Origin: an uncultured Eubacteriales bacterium
GTDB taxonomy: Bacteria > Bacillota > Clostridia > Christensenellales > UBA1242
Assembly: GCA_949878485.1 (NCBI GenBank)
Contig: CATLAM010000001.1
Span: 15,353 to 79,352 of the forward strand
Length of the DNA stretch: 64,000 nt
Reading direction: 5' to 3'
A program made the position numbers and the translations under genes. The notes beneath the pieces are model-generated. The model was given only the letters and a program-made list of their open reading frames with translations. It ran no database searches and had not been told where the DNA came from. The first letter of the stretch is position 1; every line of letters starts with the position of its first letter. Shown one piece after another: positions 9,289-18,000 of this stretch.

Positions 9289-10005
9289 TTTTTTCTGATT
9301 AGTTTTTAGATTTGTTTTTTCTTTGGATTTAAATTTACTGCTATTTACAATTAAATCGTTAATAATTTCTTCATGCTCCACATCATATTTTAATTCAGCA
9401 TTTGCGATATGATAAACTTCACGTATGTAAACAATTAAAAATAATATTTCCTTGTTTATTACTTTTTCACACACTTCTTTTTCTTCGGCTTTTGCATTTT
9501 TGAGCAGTTTAATATTATCTTGTATATCTCTCAAAATTAATAACACATTATTTGGCACATTCATAAATATATAACTTAAATCATCTTTGAATATTTTATA
9601 ATTATAGTTCCCTCTTTTTAACTCGATTAAATATTGTATGATGATATAGATGGAATTATCAAATCTATCATGTTGCTCATCATTTCTTTTTTTGTTTGTA
9701 CTATAAATAACTCCAACAACACTTAATACTCCAACAATTAATGCGACAATGCCTCCTGTTCTGGAAGGAGCTTCTACAGACCAAAAAATTAAAAGAGCAA
9801 CTAGAAAAAGTATCACACTGATTCCTGCTAAACAAGTTATTATTATCCCTAACCAAGCTAAAGAAGCAAGCAATGTGATACCAAATGTATCGAAATCTTT
9901 TTCTATTATCAACTTGCTATCTTTGTTTTTTCTATATTTTTTTATTCGCTTTTTAAATACCCAAGCCTTTATGTCAGAAATTAAACTATGGTATAATGTG
10001 AACAT
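9274..10005 (-). CDS. hypothetical membrane protein (2-3 TM helices plus a helical cytoplasmic domain)
   Basis: AAGGAG SD. Hydrophobic stretches include 'ITLLASLAWLGIIITCLAGISVILFLVALLIFW' and 'IVALIVGVLSVVGVIY'. Confidence 0.55.
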   Translation of the reverse strand: MFTLYHSLISDIKAWVFKKRIKKYRKNKDSKLIIEKDFDTFGITLLASLAWLGIIITCLAGISVILFLVALLIFWSVEAPSRTGGIVALIVGVLSVVGVIYSTNKKRNDEQHDRFDNSIYIIIQYLIELKRGNYNYKIFKDDLSYIFMNVPNNVLLILRDIQDNIKLLKNAKAEEKEVCEKVINKEILFLIVYIREVYHIANAELKYDVEHEEIINDLIVNSSKFKSKEKTNLKTNQKKSSKK

Positions 10006-10261
10006 GTAAATACTCCTTTTGAGAGATTATAACATATAGAGCACTAAAATTCATCAAAAATTTAACAAAAAATCTCAAATTGTACCCAAACCTTAAAACT
10101 ACCCAAAAAGTCACCATTTCTGTACCGTGGATTTGGTAGAGTTTCTGTTTATAGTGCAAAAGTTAGAAAAGTTGATTGGAATTTTGTAAGTTAAGTGGTA
10201 TAATGTTTGTATAAATTGCGAAAGTGAGAGATAGAAAAGTTAAAACAACTAGATTTTATTG

Positions 10262-10306
10262 CTCCTAAACCGCAGGTCGGAGGTTCGAATCCTCTCGGGA
10301 ACACCA
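10262..10306 (+). pseudogene. 3' half of tRNA-Arg(CCU): anticodon loop to CCA only, att-like remnant
   Basis: The fragment reads CTCCTAA (loop with anticodon CCT, U33, A37), ACCGC, AGGTC, T-arm GGAGG-TTCGAAT-CCTCT, acceptor 3' strand CGGGAAC, then A-CCA. The complementary 5' acceptor strand GTTCCCG and a D-arm are absent upstream. Confidence 0.7.
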
Positions 10307-10437
10307 TCAAATATAAATGCTGAGTAACGCTTGCAAATAACAAAAATTTCACTTATCTATTTTTGTGAAAATTTTAAAATAATTTCACAAAAGCATAAAT
10401 TCTCTGTTCAACTTTTTCTCTTCTTAAAGCGTAGTTT

Positions 10438-10478
10438 TCCTAAAACACAAGTTGGAGGTTGTTCCAACATGGGACGAA
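10438..10478 (+). repeat. degenerate second copy of the tRNA-Arg 3'-half/att sequence
   Basis: 'TCCTAAAACACAAGTTGGAGGTT...' aligns with 'TCCTAAACCGCAGGTCGGAGGTT...' (19 of the first 23 positions identical) and then diverges. Confidence 0.35.
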
Positions 10479-10506
10479 TCTTCTCAATCATCAAGATATT
10501 CTTAAT

Positions 10507-10535
10507 AAAAAACTTGAAATGAATCAAGTTTTTTT
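10507..10535. terminator. intrinsic terminator downstream of the GT-C gene
   Basis: The sequence is A-run, AACTTGA, AATGAA, TCAAGTT, T-run. Confidence 0.55.
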
Positions 10536-12303
10536 ATTTAAAACAAACTATATAACTTCCAAATTTTTCAGTTTTCCAATCTTCTTTAATCTCAATGCCA
10601 GAACCATCTTTTAAAATATAAATATCGCTCTCAGCCATTTCCTCATCCACATTAAGTTTAAAGTGCGATACTGATTTTACTTGTCTAATACCCACTGTTT
10701 CGTCTTCATAACAAACAGTTTCCTGAAATTCAAAAGGTGAAATTTGTGCTAATGAACATAAAATCACATAATAACTTCCGCCACAATCAATAGAAATATT
10801 TTCATTTTCACTTCGTTTTTCTTCAGCAAAGTTTACAGCATCTTCAATTCCTTGACTGAACCAATTATATGTAGTTTGCTTAAAAGTTGGTCCAAAGTAA
10901 CAACTTAAAAAACAGACAGAACACACCAAATATAAACTTCCAATAGACAACAAAATTTTCTTTAGGTTTCCACTAAACCACAAAATACCTTTTGCAATCA
11001 CAAAAATCATAGCAGGTAAAACATAATTAAAATGATTTATGGCAACACCCGCTACAGCAAATCCCGTTATAAGCCCAACTGCAAACCATAAAAACATAAA
11101 AAACTCAATAATATTTTCTTTCCAAATTTTCTTTATGTTTTTTAAAAAGTAAATAAATCCACAAACAATAAATGGCAGACTTATAGGAAAAAGAGCACCA
11201 AAAGGCAAAATTCTATTCCAGATTAATCCATCATCTTGCAATACAAAAATTCTATAAAGTGTGTTAATTTTAGATAAAATTCCATCACTGAAACCACCAG
11301 GTCTAAACTGGGAAAGTTTTGGCACGGAAAACAGACCAAAAATTTTAAACTCTTCCAAAATACCCAAATTTACCATTAAAAATAATAAAAGAGGCATAGC
11401 AAACAGAAGCAAAATAACATTTCCTAAAATAAATTGTGTCCATTTAATTTTCTTTTTTATTAATAATATTATGTAAACGCAAATAAGGAATATAGGCAAG
11501 AAAAACCAATTTAAACCATAGGTATAAAGAGATAAGCCATAAAAGAAACCAGACAATAAAAACCACCACCAATTGTCTTTTACCGCTTTAACAAAAAATA
11601 AAGTGCCAAAAATTAAGAATGCGGGAAGTAAATTACAATCCAATCCCCACCTTGCATTCATCATGTCCCAAGGTAAAATGGCAAAAAGAAGCATACACAC
11701 AAAAGCCATTTTTACATCACAGACTTTCTTAACCAAAAAGAACAATGCAATAATAGACAAAATTGACACAAAACAAATAGCAAGTGCGCCAGAAACTTGA
11801 TTTATTCCGAACATTAAAACAAAAGGAATAGTAAGATATGCAAGCAGAACACTTTGACCACTACCCCAAGCCTTTAAATAAACTGGGAAAGAATAACCAT
11901 TTCTATCAACTCCAAAATGTCCAAGGCACCACGAATCATACAGCATTGACCATTCATCTAACATCATTCCATTTGGAAAACTTGTCAAACAAACCGTCCT
12001 AACTAAGATTGCTGTAATTAAAACAGCAAAAAAGCAAATTATGCAACCTTTTTTAGTTTTTAACCAATGCTTTTCTCCCCCCCCGTCTACATCTTTAACA
12101 GTTTTATTAGATTTAATAATTATATATAAAAACAAACCCAAAAGAGCAACTAATACTACATCCATAATAATAATATAAGCCAAATTGACTTCATTTCTCT
12201 TAATAGAGTTTAGAGTGATTAAAGTTATAAATAAAGAAAACAAAACAATTGCAGTAATTCCAATTATCCATTTCTTAGCATTTGAACCTAAATTAATTTT
12301 CAT
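10534..12303 (-). CDS. GT-C fold glycosyltransferase (family 39 / ArnT-PMT-like) membrane protein
   Basis: It is a polytopic membrane protein. The first-loop acidic motif 'MMLDEWSMLYDSW' and overall layout are typical of the ArnT/PMT family. ATG 12303 is chosen over the track's TTG at 12315. Confidence 0.5.
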   Translation of the reverse strand: MKINLGSNAKKWIIGITAIVLFSLFITLITLNSIKRNEVNLAYIIIMDVVLVALLGLFLYIIIKSNKTVKDVDGGGEKHWLKTKKGCIICFFAVLITAILVRTVCLTSFPNGMMLDEWSMLYDSWCLGHFGVDRNGYSFPVYLKAWGSGQSVLLAYLTIPFVLMFGINQVSGALAICFVSILSIIALFFLVKKVCDVKMAFVCMLLFAILPWDMMNARWGLDCNLLPAFLIFGTLFFVKAVKDNWWWFLLSGFFYGLSLYTYGLNWFFLPIFLICVYIILLIKKKIKWTQFILGNVILLLFAMPLLLFLMVNLGILEEFKIFGLFSVPKLSQFRPGGFSDGILSKINTLYRIFVLQDDGLIWNRILPFGALFPISLPFIVCGFIYFLKNIKKIWKENIIEFFMFLWFAVGLITGFAVAGVAINHFNYVLPAMIFVIAKGILWFSGNLKKILLSIGSLYLVCSVCFLSCYFGPTFKQTTYNWFSQGIEDAVNFAEEKRSENENISIDCGGSYYVILCSLAQISPFEFQETVCYEDETVGIRQVKSVSHFKLNVDEEMAESDIYILKDGSGIEIKEDWKTEKFGSYIVCFK

Positions 12304-12640
12304 TTTTGACCCCAATTTAAAATTTACTATTTTATAGTAAAAAATTATACGATATTTGTCAACTAAATTTATTTAAATTATTTTTATTTTGTTTTACTTG
12401 TTTTTTAAGATTATATTTGTAATAGTTACATCTTCATTAGCAAAAGCATAAAAGTCCATGTTTATATCGAATACTCAACGGATTTAACAGTGGATTTTTT
12501 ATTTTTACTGTTTATAACTTAAAAATAACAAAAATAGACATATTTGTATATATTATATATACTTTTTTGTATATATTAGGGTTATATATCCTATTATAAT
12601 AGTATATATAGATATTATAATATTAGTTGAGAGGTATGCA

Positions 12641-12946
12641 ATGGAATTAAACGAAATAATAAATCGTATAAGTCAACTTCGCACACGTGCTGGACTGTCG
12701 GCCAGAGAACTAAGCCTCAGAATAGGAAAAAATGAAGCATACATCAACAGACTGGAATATCGCAAAAACTTTGAACCTTCAATTTCAGTTATAAATGATA
12801 TTGCAGAAGTGTGCAACTCTTCACTTGAAGAATTTTTCTATTATGATTTAAGTCAATACTCTAAGGATAAACATTTAATTAGCCTTCTTCAAAAATCAAG
12901 GCCTGAAATAAAAGATTCTCTTACTAAAATTTTAGAAAATTCTTAA
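12641..12946 (+). CDS. XRE-family helix-turn-helix transcriptional regulator
   Basis: 'LRTRAGLSARELSLRIGKNEAYINRLEYRK' is an HTH_3-type motif. It lies immediately upstream of the GT2 gene. Confidence 0.8.
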   Translation: MELNEIINRISQLRTRAGLSARELSLRIGKNEAYINRLEYRKNFEPSISVINDIAEVCNSSLEEFFYYDLSQYSKDKHLISLLQKSRPEIKDSLTKILENS

Positions 12947-12982
12947 AACAACATTTAACAAAATTATAAATCGAGGAAAACT

Positions 12983-14455
12983 ATGTGGGAAATAACTTTA
13001 TATAATGTTTTATTTATTATAAATAATGTAATATTAATTTTAATCGGAATACCTTTCTTTATGCAATTCATTTTCATGTTTTTGTTTTGGCTTCCAAAGA
13101 AAGTCTTTCCAAAATCAGAAAAGAAAAATAAAATCTGTGTTTTAATTCCTGCTCACAATGAAGCAGATGTAATTCATGACACAGTAAAGCGTCTGTTTGA
13201 TTTACAAACTTATCCAAAGGAAATGTTCGATGTCTATGTTGTTGCACACAACTGCGATGATAACACCGCCGACCTTGCAAGAAAAGCAGGAGCAAATGTT
13301 TTTGAACTTAATGACCCAGACCCAAAACACCGCATTGCTTCTTATGCCCTTAAACATGGTTATGAACAGATTTTGGCAACAGGCATTGATTATGATTTTT
13401 CAATCAGACTTGATGCCGACAACCACATCAATGACGAATTTTTTGATTTGATGAACGATGCCTATAATACAGGTGTTGAAATTGCAAGACCATATGAGTC
13501 AGCACTTAACATGACACAAAACAAATTTACTAAAGCATGTGGCCTTTATTACACGTTCGACTCCAGATTTTCTTCCAGAGTAAGAGAAAGATTACATCTC
13601 GATGCCCATGTAAATGGTCCAGGATCTATGACAAAATTCCAAATCATCAGAGATATTGGCGGATATGACACCACAAGCATAACTGAAGACACAGAATTTT
13701 GCTTTAAGCGTATGCTTGAAGGACACAGAGCACACTTTGTTGAAGACGCAGTTGTTTATGAAGATTTGCCATCCACATTTAAAGACACTTTTTCAAGAAA
13801 TAAGCGTATTGCGTCTGGAAATATAAGATTGCTTGCAAAATATACTCCAAAACTTCTTTGGAAATTCTGCACAACCTTAAACTTCTCTTATATAGAACAA
13901 ATTCTCACCTATTTCTTCAATGTCATTTGTGTCATTCTTTGCACTTGGATTCCTGCTTATTATGTATATAATGTTGTTTACCTTTGGGCAACTGGAATAT
14001 TCACAGACGCTCAAGCCGCCGCTGTTGGAATAAACGCTTCTGGACTTTATAACCAACTTATCTTGATTGGAATCATTTTACTTGTTTTATTCTTGCTTGC
14101 TGGAATTGGTCAAGGTGTGCTTCTTGTTATGTTGGACTATAAAAAACTTGGTGCGACCAAACGCCGACAACTTATGGATGGAGCAATCTTATTCCCAGCA
14201 TTTACAGTTGTTTATTGTTTAACAATGTGTCTTGGTGCATTCACAAAACCAAAATGGAACAAAATTAACAGAAATAAAGAAGCGCAAACAACATACACTG
14301 CAGTCACCGTTTCAGACAACTCTATTGAAGAATCACCAATTATTGAACCTGTAGAAATGGAAGAAACAGAAAGTTTGGAAGATTTGGAAAAAAGCGTTCA
14401 AGAACTTGAAGAAATGCTGGACAACATTGAAGAACACAAGAAAAAAGGTGCTTAA
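12983..14455 (+). CDS. membrane-embedded family 2 glycosyltransferase (processive synthase-like)
   Basis: 'VLIPAHNEADVI', 'RLDADNH' and 'SITEDTEF' are present, with 'SRNKRIASG' at the position of QxxRW. There is an N-terminal TM helix, several C-terminal TM helices, and an acidic tail. Confidence 0.75.
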   Translation: MWEITLYNVLFIINNVILILIGIPFFMQFIFMFLFWLPKKVFPKSEKKNKICVLIPAHNEADVIHDTVKRLFDLQTYPKEMFDVYVVAHNCDDNTADLARKAGANVFELNDPDPKHRIASYALKHGYEQILATGIDYDFSIRLDADNHINDEFFDLMNDAYNTGVEIARPYESALNMTQNKFTKACGLYYTFDSRFSSRVRERLHLDAHVNGPGSMTKFQIIRDIGGYDTTSITEDTEFCFKRMLEGHRAHFVEDAVVYEDLPSTFKDTFSRNKRIASGNIRLLAKYTPKLLWKFCTTLNFSYIEQILTYFFNVICVILCTWIPAYYVYNVVYLWATGIFTDAQAAAVGINASGLYNQLILIGIILLVLFLLAGIGQGVLLVMLDYKKLGATKRRQLMDGAILFPAFTVVYCLTMCLGAFTKPKWNKINRNKEAQTTYTAVTVSDNSIEESPIIEPVEMEETESLEDLEKSVQELEEMLDNIEEHKKKGA

Positions 14456-14464
14456 ATTTAATTA

Positions 14465-14492
14465 AAAAAACATCTCAAAAGAGATGTTTTTT
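14465..14492. terminator. bidirectional intrinsic terminator
   Basis: AAAAAACATCTC-AAAA-GAGATGTTTTTT lies between convergent genes. Confidence 0.7.
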
Positions 14493-14501
14493 ATTAATAT
14501 T

Positions 14502-15980
14502 TTACAACAATATGCAAAGCACTCCGCCCTTACCTTCATTGATGATTCTGCCAAGAGTTTTACGCATTTTGCGTTGAGCGTCTGCTGGCATCATAACAAT
14601 CTTAGATGAAATGTTGTCATCAATCATTGAATAAAGGCTCTTACCAAGAAGATTGGTATCCCAAATTCCTTGTGGGTCATTTTCAAATTTGTCATTTAAA
14701 AATGCAGCAAGGTCTTGACTTTGATTTTCATTTCCAACAAGTGGAGTAACTTCGCTTTCAACATCAACTTTGATGATGTGCAAACTTGGTGCTGTCGCCT
14801 TAATCTTAACACCAAACTTGTTGCCTTGTTTAACAACTTCTGGTTGTTGTAAAACATATTCATCTTTGTTTGGAACAACAATTCCATATCCATTTTGTTC
14901 CACTTCTTCCAAAGCGTTTTTAAGTTTGTCGTATTCCACTTTTGCAACAGCCAAATTTTTGATGTATGAAACAAGTTCATAGTCATCTCCAATTCTGAAT
15001 CCGCATTCATCAGAAAGCACATCATAGAAAAGATTTTCCTTTGGAACAATGTTAAATCTGATTACACCTTCACCCATTTCAACATTAGAGAATGTGATTG
15101 GGTCAAAACTGTTGCTTTCCGTAAACACAACTGTATCCTTATTTGCATCTCCAACTTTTTTCACGCTGTCAGCAAACCTTCTGATTTCGCCAACCATTTC
15201 TGTGATGATTGGATTTGAATAAGAAAGTGCTTGCAACCATTTTGGCATTTTAACTTTAATGCTTTTAACAGGAAATTCCAATAAAATGCTGGCAAAAATT
15301 TTGTCAATGTCGCCTTCTTTAAGGTCTGAAACATTCATGGCAAGCACTTGTGATTCATATTTTTCTGACAAGTTTGATGCCAATTTTTTGCTTTCTGCAC
15401 TGTTTGGATTTTTGCAGTTCAAAACAATGACATAAGGTTTTCCGCTTGCTTTCATTTCAGACACAACACGCTCTTCTGCTTCAATATAGTTTGCTCTTTC
15501 AATGTCAGAAACAGAGCCATCAGTTGTGACAACAATGCCGATTGTCGAATGTTCTTCAATCACCTTTTTGGTGCCAACTTCTGCGGCTTTTTCAAAAGGC
15601 ATTTCTTCATCTGACCAAGGTGTTTTAACAAGTCTTGGCTTGTCATTTTCTGTTGTTCCCATTGCACCTGACACAAGATAGCCAACACAATCAATAAGTC
15701 TGACTTTCAAGTTGATTTTGTCTGCAACTGAAATTCTTACTGCTTCATTTGGCACAAAGCGTGGTTGTGTTGTCATAACTGTTTTGCCATCAGCACTTTG
15801 TGGTAACTCGTCAATCGCACGTTGTTTAACATTTTTATTTTCAATGTTTGGAATGACAAGTTTTTTCATAAACTCGGAAATAAAAGTGGATTTACCAACT
15901 CTTACAGGTCCGACTACGCCAACATAAATATCGCCGTTGGTGCGGGATTTTATATCTTCGTAAATTTGTTCTTTTTCCAT
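14502..15980 (-). CDS. spoIVA: stage IV sporulation protein A
   Basis: 'MEKEQIYEDIKSRTNGDIYVGVVGPVRVGKSTFI...ELPQSADGKTVMTTQPRFVPN' is closely parallel to B. subtilis SpoIVA. The product is 492 aa from ATG 15980, which has a GGAGG SD. Confidence 0.95.
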   Translation of the reverse strand: MEKEQIYEDIKSRTNGDIYVGVVGPVRVGKSTFISEFMKKLVIPNIENKNVKQRAIDELPQSADGKTVMTTQPRFVPNEAVRISVADKINLKVRLIDCVGYLVSGAMGTTENDKPRLVKTPWSDEEMPFEKAAEVGTKKVIEEHSTIGIVVTTDGSVSDIERANYIEAEERVVSEMKASGKPYVIVLNCKNPNSAESKKLASNLSEKYESQVLAMNVSDLKEGDIDKIFASILLEFPVKSIKVKMPKWLQALSYSNPIITEMVGEIRRFADSVKKVGDANKDTVVFTESNSFDPITFSNVEMGEGVIRFNIVPKENLFYDVLSDECGFRIGDDYELVSYIKNLAVAKVEYDKLKNALEEVEQNGYGIVVPNKDEYVLQQPEVVKQGNKFGVKIKATAPSLHIIKVDVESEVTPLVGNENQSQDLAAFLNDKFENDPQGIWDTNLLGKSLYSMIDDNISSKIVMMPADAQRKMRKTLGRIINEGKGGVLCILL

Positions 15981-16049
15981 GTAAACCTCCAAGATACCAT
16001 AATTTATGTAAGTCCACAATCGTTTAGAACGATATATAAAAAAATCAGC

Positions 16050-17291
16050 CTATTTTTGCTGATTTTCTTTAATTTCTGTTTGCTGACTTTCCATTTTAAC
16101 CGTTTCAGTTTGTTCAACTGTTAAATTTTCGGTTAAAGATTTGTCGCAATCACCGCCATTTTTCTTTAAAATCATTCTACAACAAAAAAGCATAATTAAA
16201 CTGCTGGTCATGCCAATGGCAAATTGCAATTCAAAAATAGGAAAAGCAAACCACCATAAATACATTAAATCTTTTGCTGGAAGTATGTAGCAATCTCGGT
16301 AAACCATGCCATCAAATTGATTGTCATCATAACGCAATTTCTTGCAAAAAGCACCAAACATAGGCACAAACAAAAGTGGAAAACTGATGGCAATTAAACA
16401 ACTGCAAACATACAGAACAATAGGAACTTTGACGATTAAAATAACAACACAACCAATCAAAAATATTGCAACACTTACACAGCAACTTAAAACAGACAAC
16501 TTTCTTTTAACCAAGAATTTGGCTAGTAAATTTGAGCCAATTTTACAAACTTCAACCAAAACCATAATAATTGCTATTGACTGAAAATTGAGATTGTTCA
16601 CATAGAGATATATTGGCAAAACTACATCCATTACACTTTGGAATATTCCAAAACAAATATGAAAAATGTTGAATGGAAGATAACTCTTTTGATCCACTTT
16701 TTGTGGATTTTTCGTTTTTTCAATGTAAGATTCTTTAAGTAAGTTATAACCAAAAATAAGTGGAACAGAAGAAATCAAATAAAGCACAACTGCAACAATA
16801 CACAAAATTAAAAGATTATTTTTAAAATCCACACTTAAGACGTAACCACTTAAAAGCAAAAATATCATTTTTCCAACATTTGTGGCTATTTGAAATTTTG
16901 CGACATTGGTATTTTTGTCTGTAAAAGTAAAAATTAAATTTAGTGGCACAGAGTAAAGCACTTGAGAAAGGCTTAGAATTAAAGCAATCACAAGACATAA
17001 CCACCAAGTAGTCGACACAGTTGACAGCAAAACTTGAACAGCAATAACTGGAATAATATGTAAAATTATGGCTATAACACCATATTTTTGCAAAAATTTT
17101 TTAAGAACCAAATTTAGAATTCCGCACAATAAATAATAAACATTAAGATACATAAAAACCAAAAGCAAACTTCCAGAATTTTTATATATAATAAGCGGTA
17201 TAAAAGCTTTAATTAAACTGTCAGCAAATGCCTTAATAAGTTTATGTGTAAAAATTAAGTTAGTCTTGTTTTTCATCTGTGGAAATTTCAT
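16050..17291 (-). CDS. MFS-like polytopic membrane transporter (substrate unknown)
   Basis: About 12 hydrophobic segments, with a hydrophilic C-terminal tail. The start is uncertain (17312 TTG, 17291 ATG or 17276 ATG), and it overlaps the plsY 3' end. Confidence 0.5.
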   Translation of the reverse strand: MKFPQMKNKTNLIFTHKLIKAFADSLIKAFIPLIIYKNSGSLLLVFMYLNVYYLLCGILNLVLKKFLQKYGVIAIILHIIPVIAVQVLLSTVSTTWWLCLVIALILSLSQVLYSVPLNLIFTFTDKNTNVAKFQIATNVGKMIFLLLSGYVLSVDFKNNLLILCIVAVVLYLISSVPLIFGYNLLKESYIEKTKNPQKVDQKSYLPFNIFHICFGIFQSVMDVVLPIYLYVNNLNFQSIAIIMVLVEVCKIGSNLLAKFLVKRKLSVLSCCVSVAIFLIGCVVILIVKVPIVLYVCSCLIAISFPLLFVPMFGAFCKKLRYDDNQFDGMVYRDCYILPAKDLMYLWWFAFPIFELQFAIGMTSSLIMLFCCRMILKKNGGDCDKSLTENLTVEQTETVKMESQQTEIKENQQK

Positions 17292-18000
17292 TATTATCAA
17301 CCTTTTGTTCAACTATTTCCATATTTTCATTGTTTTTTGATTTTTTCTTTCTCAATTTATCAATAAAATGCACTCTGTTTTCTGTGCCATTGAAAAGTCT
17401 TTGGAAATTTGATCTATGTTTAAACAATAATAAAACCAAATTTACTATTAAGATTAAAATGATAAACAAAAACAAAAATCTTTGTTCAATTCCATAAACA
17501 CAACAAGCATACACAGTAAGCGTCAAAGAAAATGTAAGTGAAATGATAAACATATAGTCAATAAAGAAAACCAAAATAAAACAAATGGCAAAAACTGCCA
17601 AAGCAAACCACCAGCAATCAGGGTTAAACAAAAACATACCAAATGTGCAAGCAATTCCTTTTCCACCTTTAAACTTATAGAAAACAGGAAAACAATGACC
17701 TAAAATGACACCAAAGGCTGTCATATAGAAAGCCAAATCACCCCAACCAGCAAAGAAATGTTCAATTAAGAAATAACAAGCAAGTGCAGGAAGACCACTT
17801 TTAATTCCCTCCATTGCAAGAGTAAGCATTGCTTCACCAAATCCCCTTGTGCGGAGCATATTCATAGTCCCAGGGTTTTTACTTCCGACAGTTGTTATAT
17901 CTTTTTTACCAAAAGCCCAAGAAAAAATCCTTGCAAAGTTGATGTTTCCAATTAAATAACCAACAAGCATGCCAATAAATAAATATAAAACGACAATCAT
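17260..18000 (-). CDS. plsY: glycerol-3-phosphate acyltransferase PlsY
   Basis: 'GSKNPGTMNMLRT' and 'FKGGKGIA' motifs in a ~200-aa membrane core, plus a charged C-terminal extension. Confidence 0.9.
   Translation of the reverse strand: MIVVLYLFIGMLVGYLIGNINFARIFSWAFGKKDITTVGSKNPGTMNMLRTRGFGEAMLTLAMEGIKSGLPALACYFLIEHFFAGWGDLAFYMTAFGVILGHCFPVFYKFKGGKGIACTFGMFLFNPDCWWFALAVFAICFILVFFIDYMFIISLTFSLTLTVYACCVYGIEQRFLFLFIILILIVNLVLLLFKHRSNFQRLFNGTENRVHFIDKLRKKKSKNNENMEIVEQKVDNNEISTDEKQD

Larger units (their letters stand above)
1..10306. mobile_element. putative genomic (defence) island, right-hand part, ending at a tRNA-Arg(CCU) 3'-half att-like remnant
   Basis: Three DNA methyltransferases, an endonuclease candidate, a HerA-type ATPase and orphan small ORFs are clustered here. 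A 45-nt tRNA 3' half with no 5' half sits at 10262-10306. The left end and any integrase would lie outside the window. Confidence 0.4.

Noticed and set aside
10331-10522. A 63-aa ORF right of the tRNA-Arg fragment.
   Set aside because: It has a TTG start without an SD, spans the degenerate att-like copy and the terminator, and has a low-complexity sequence.
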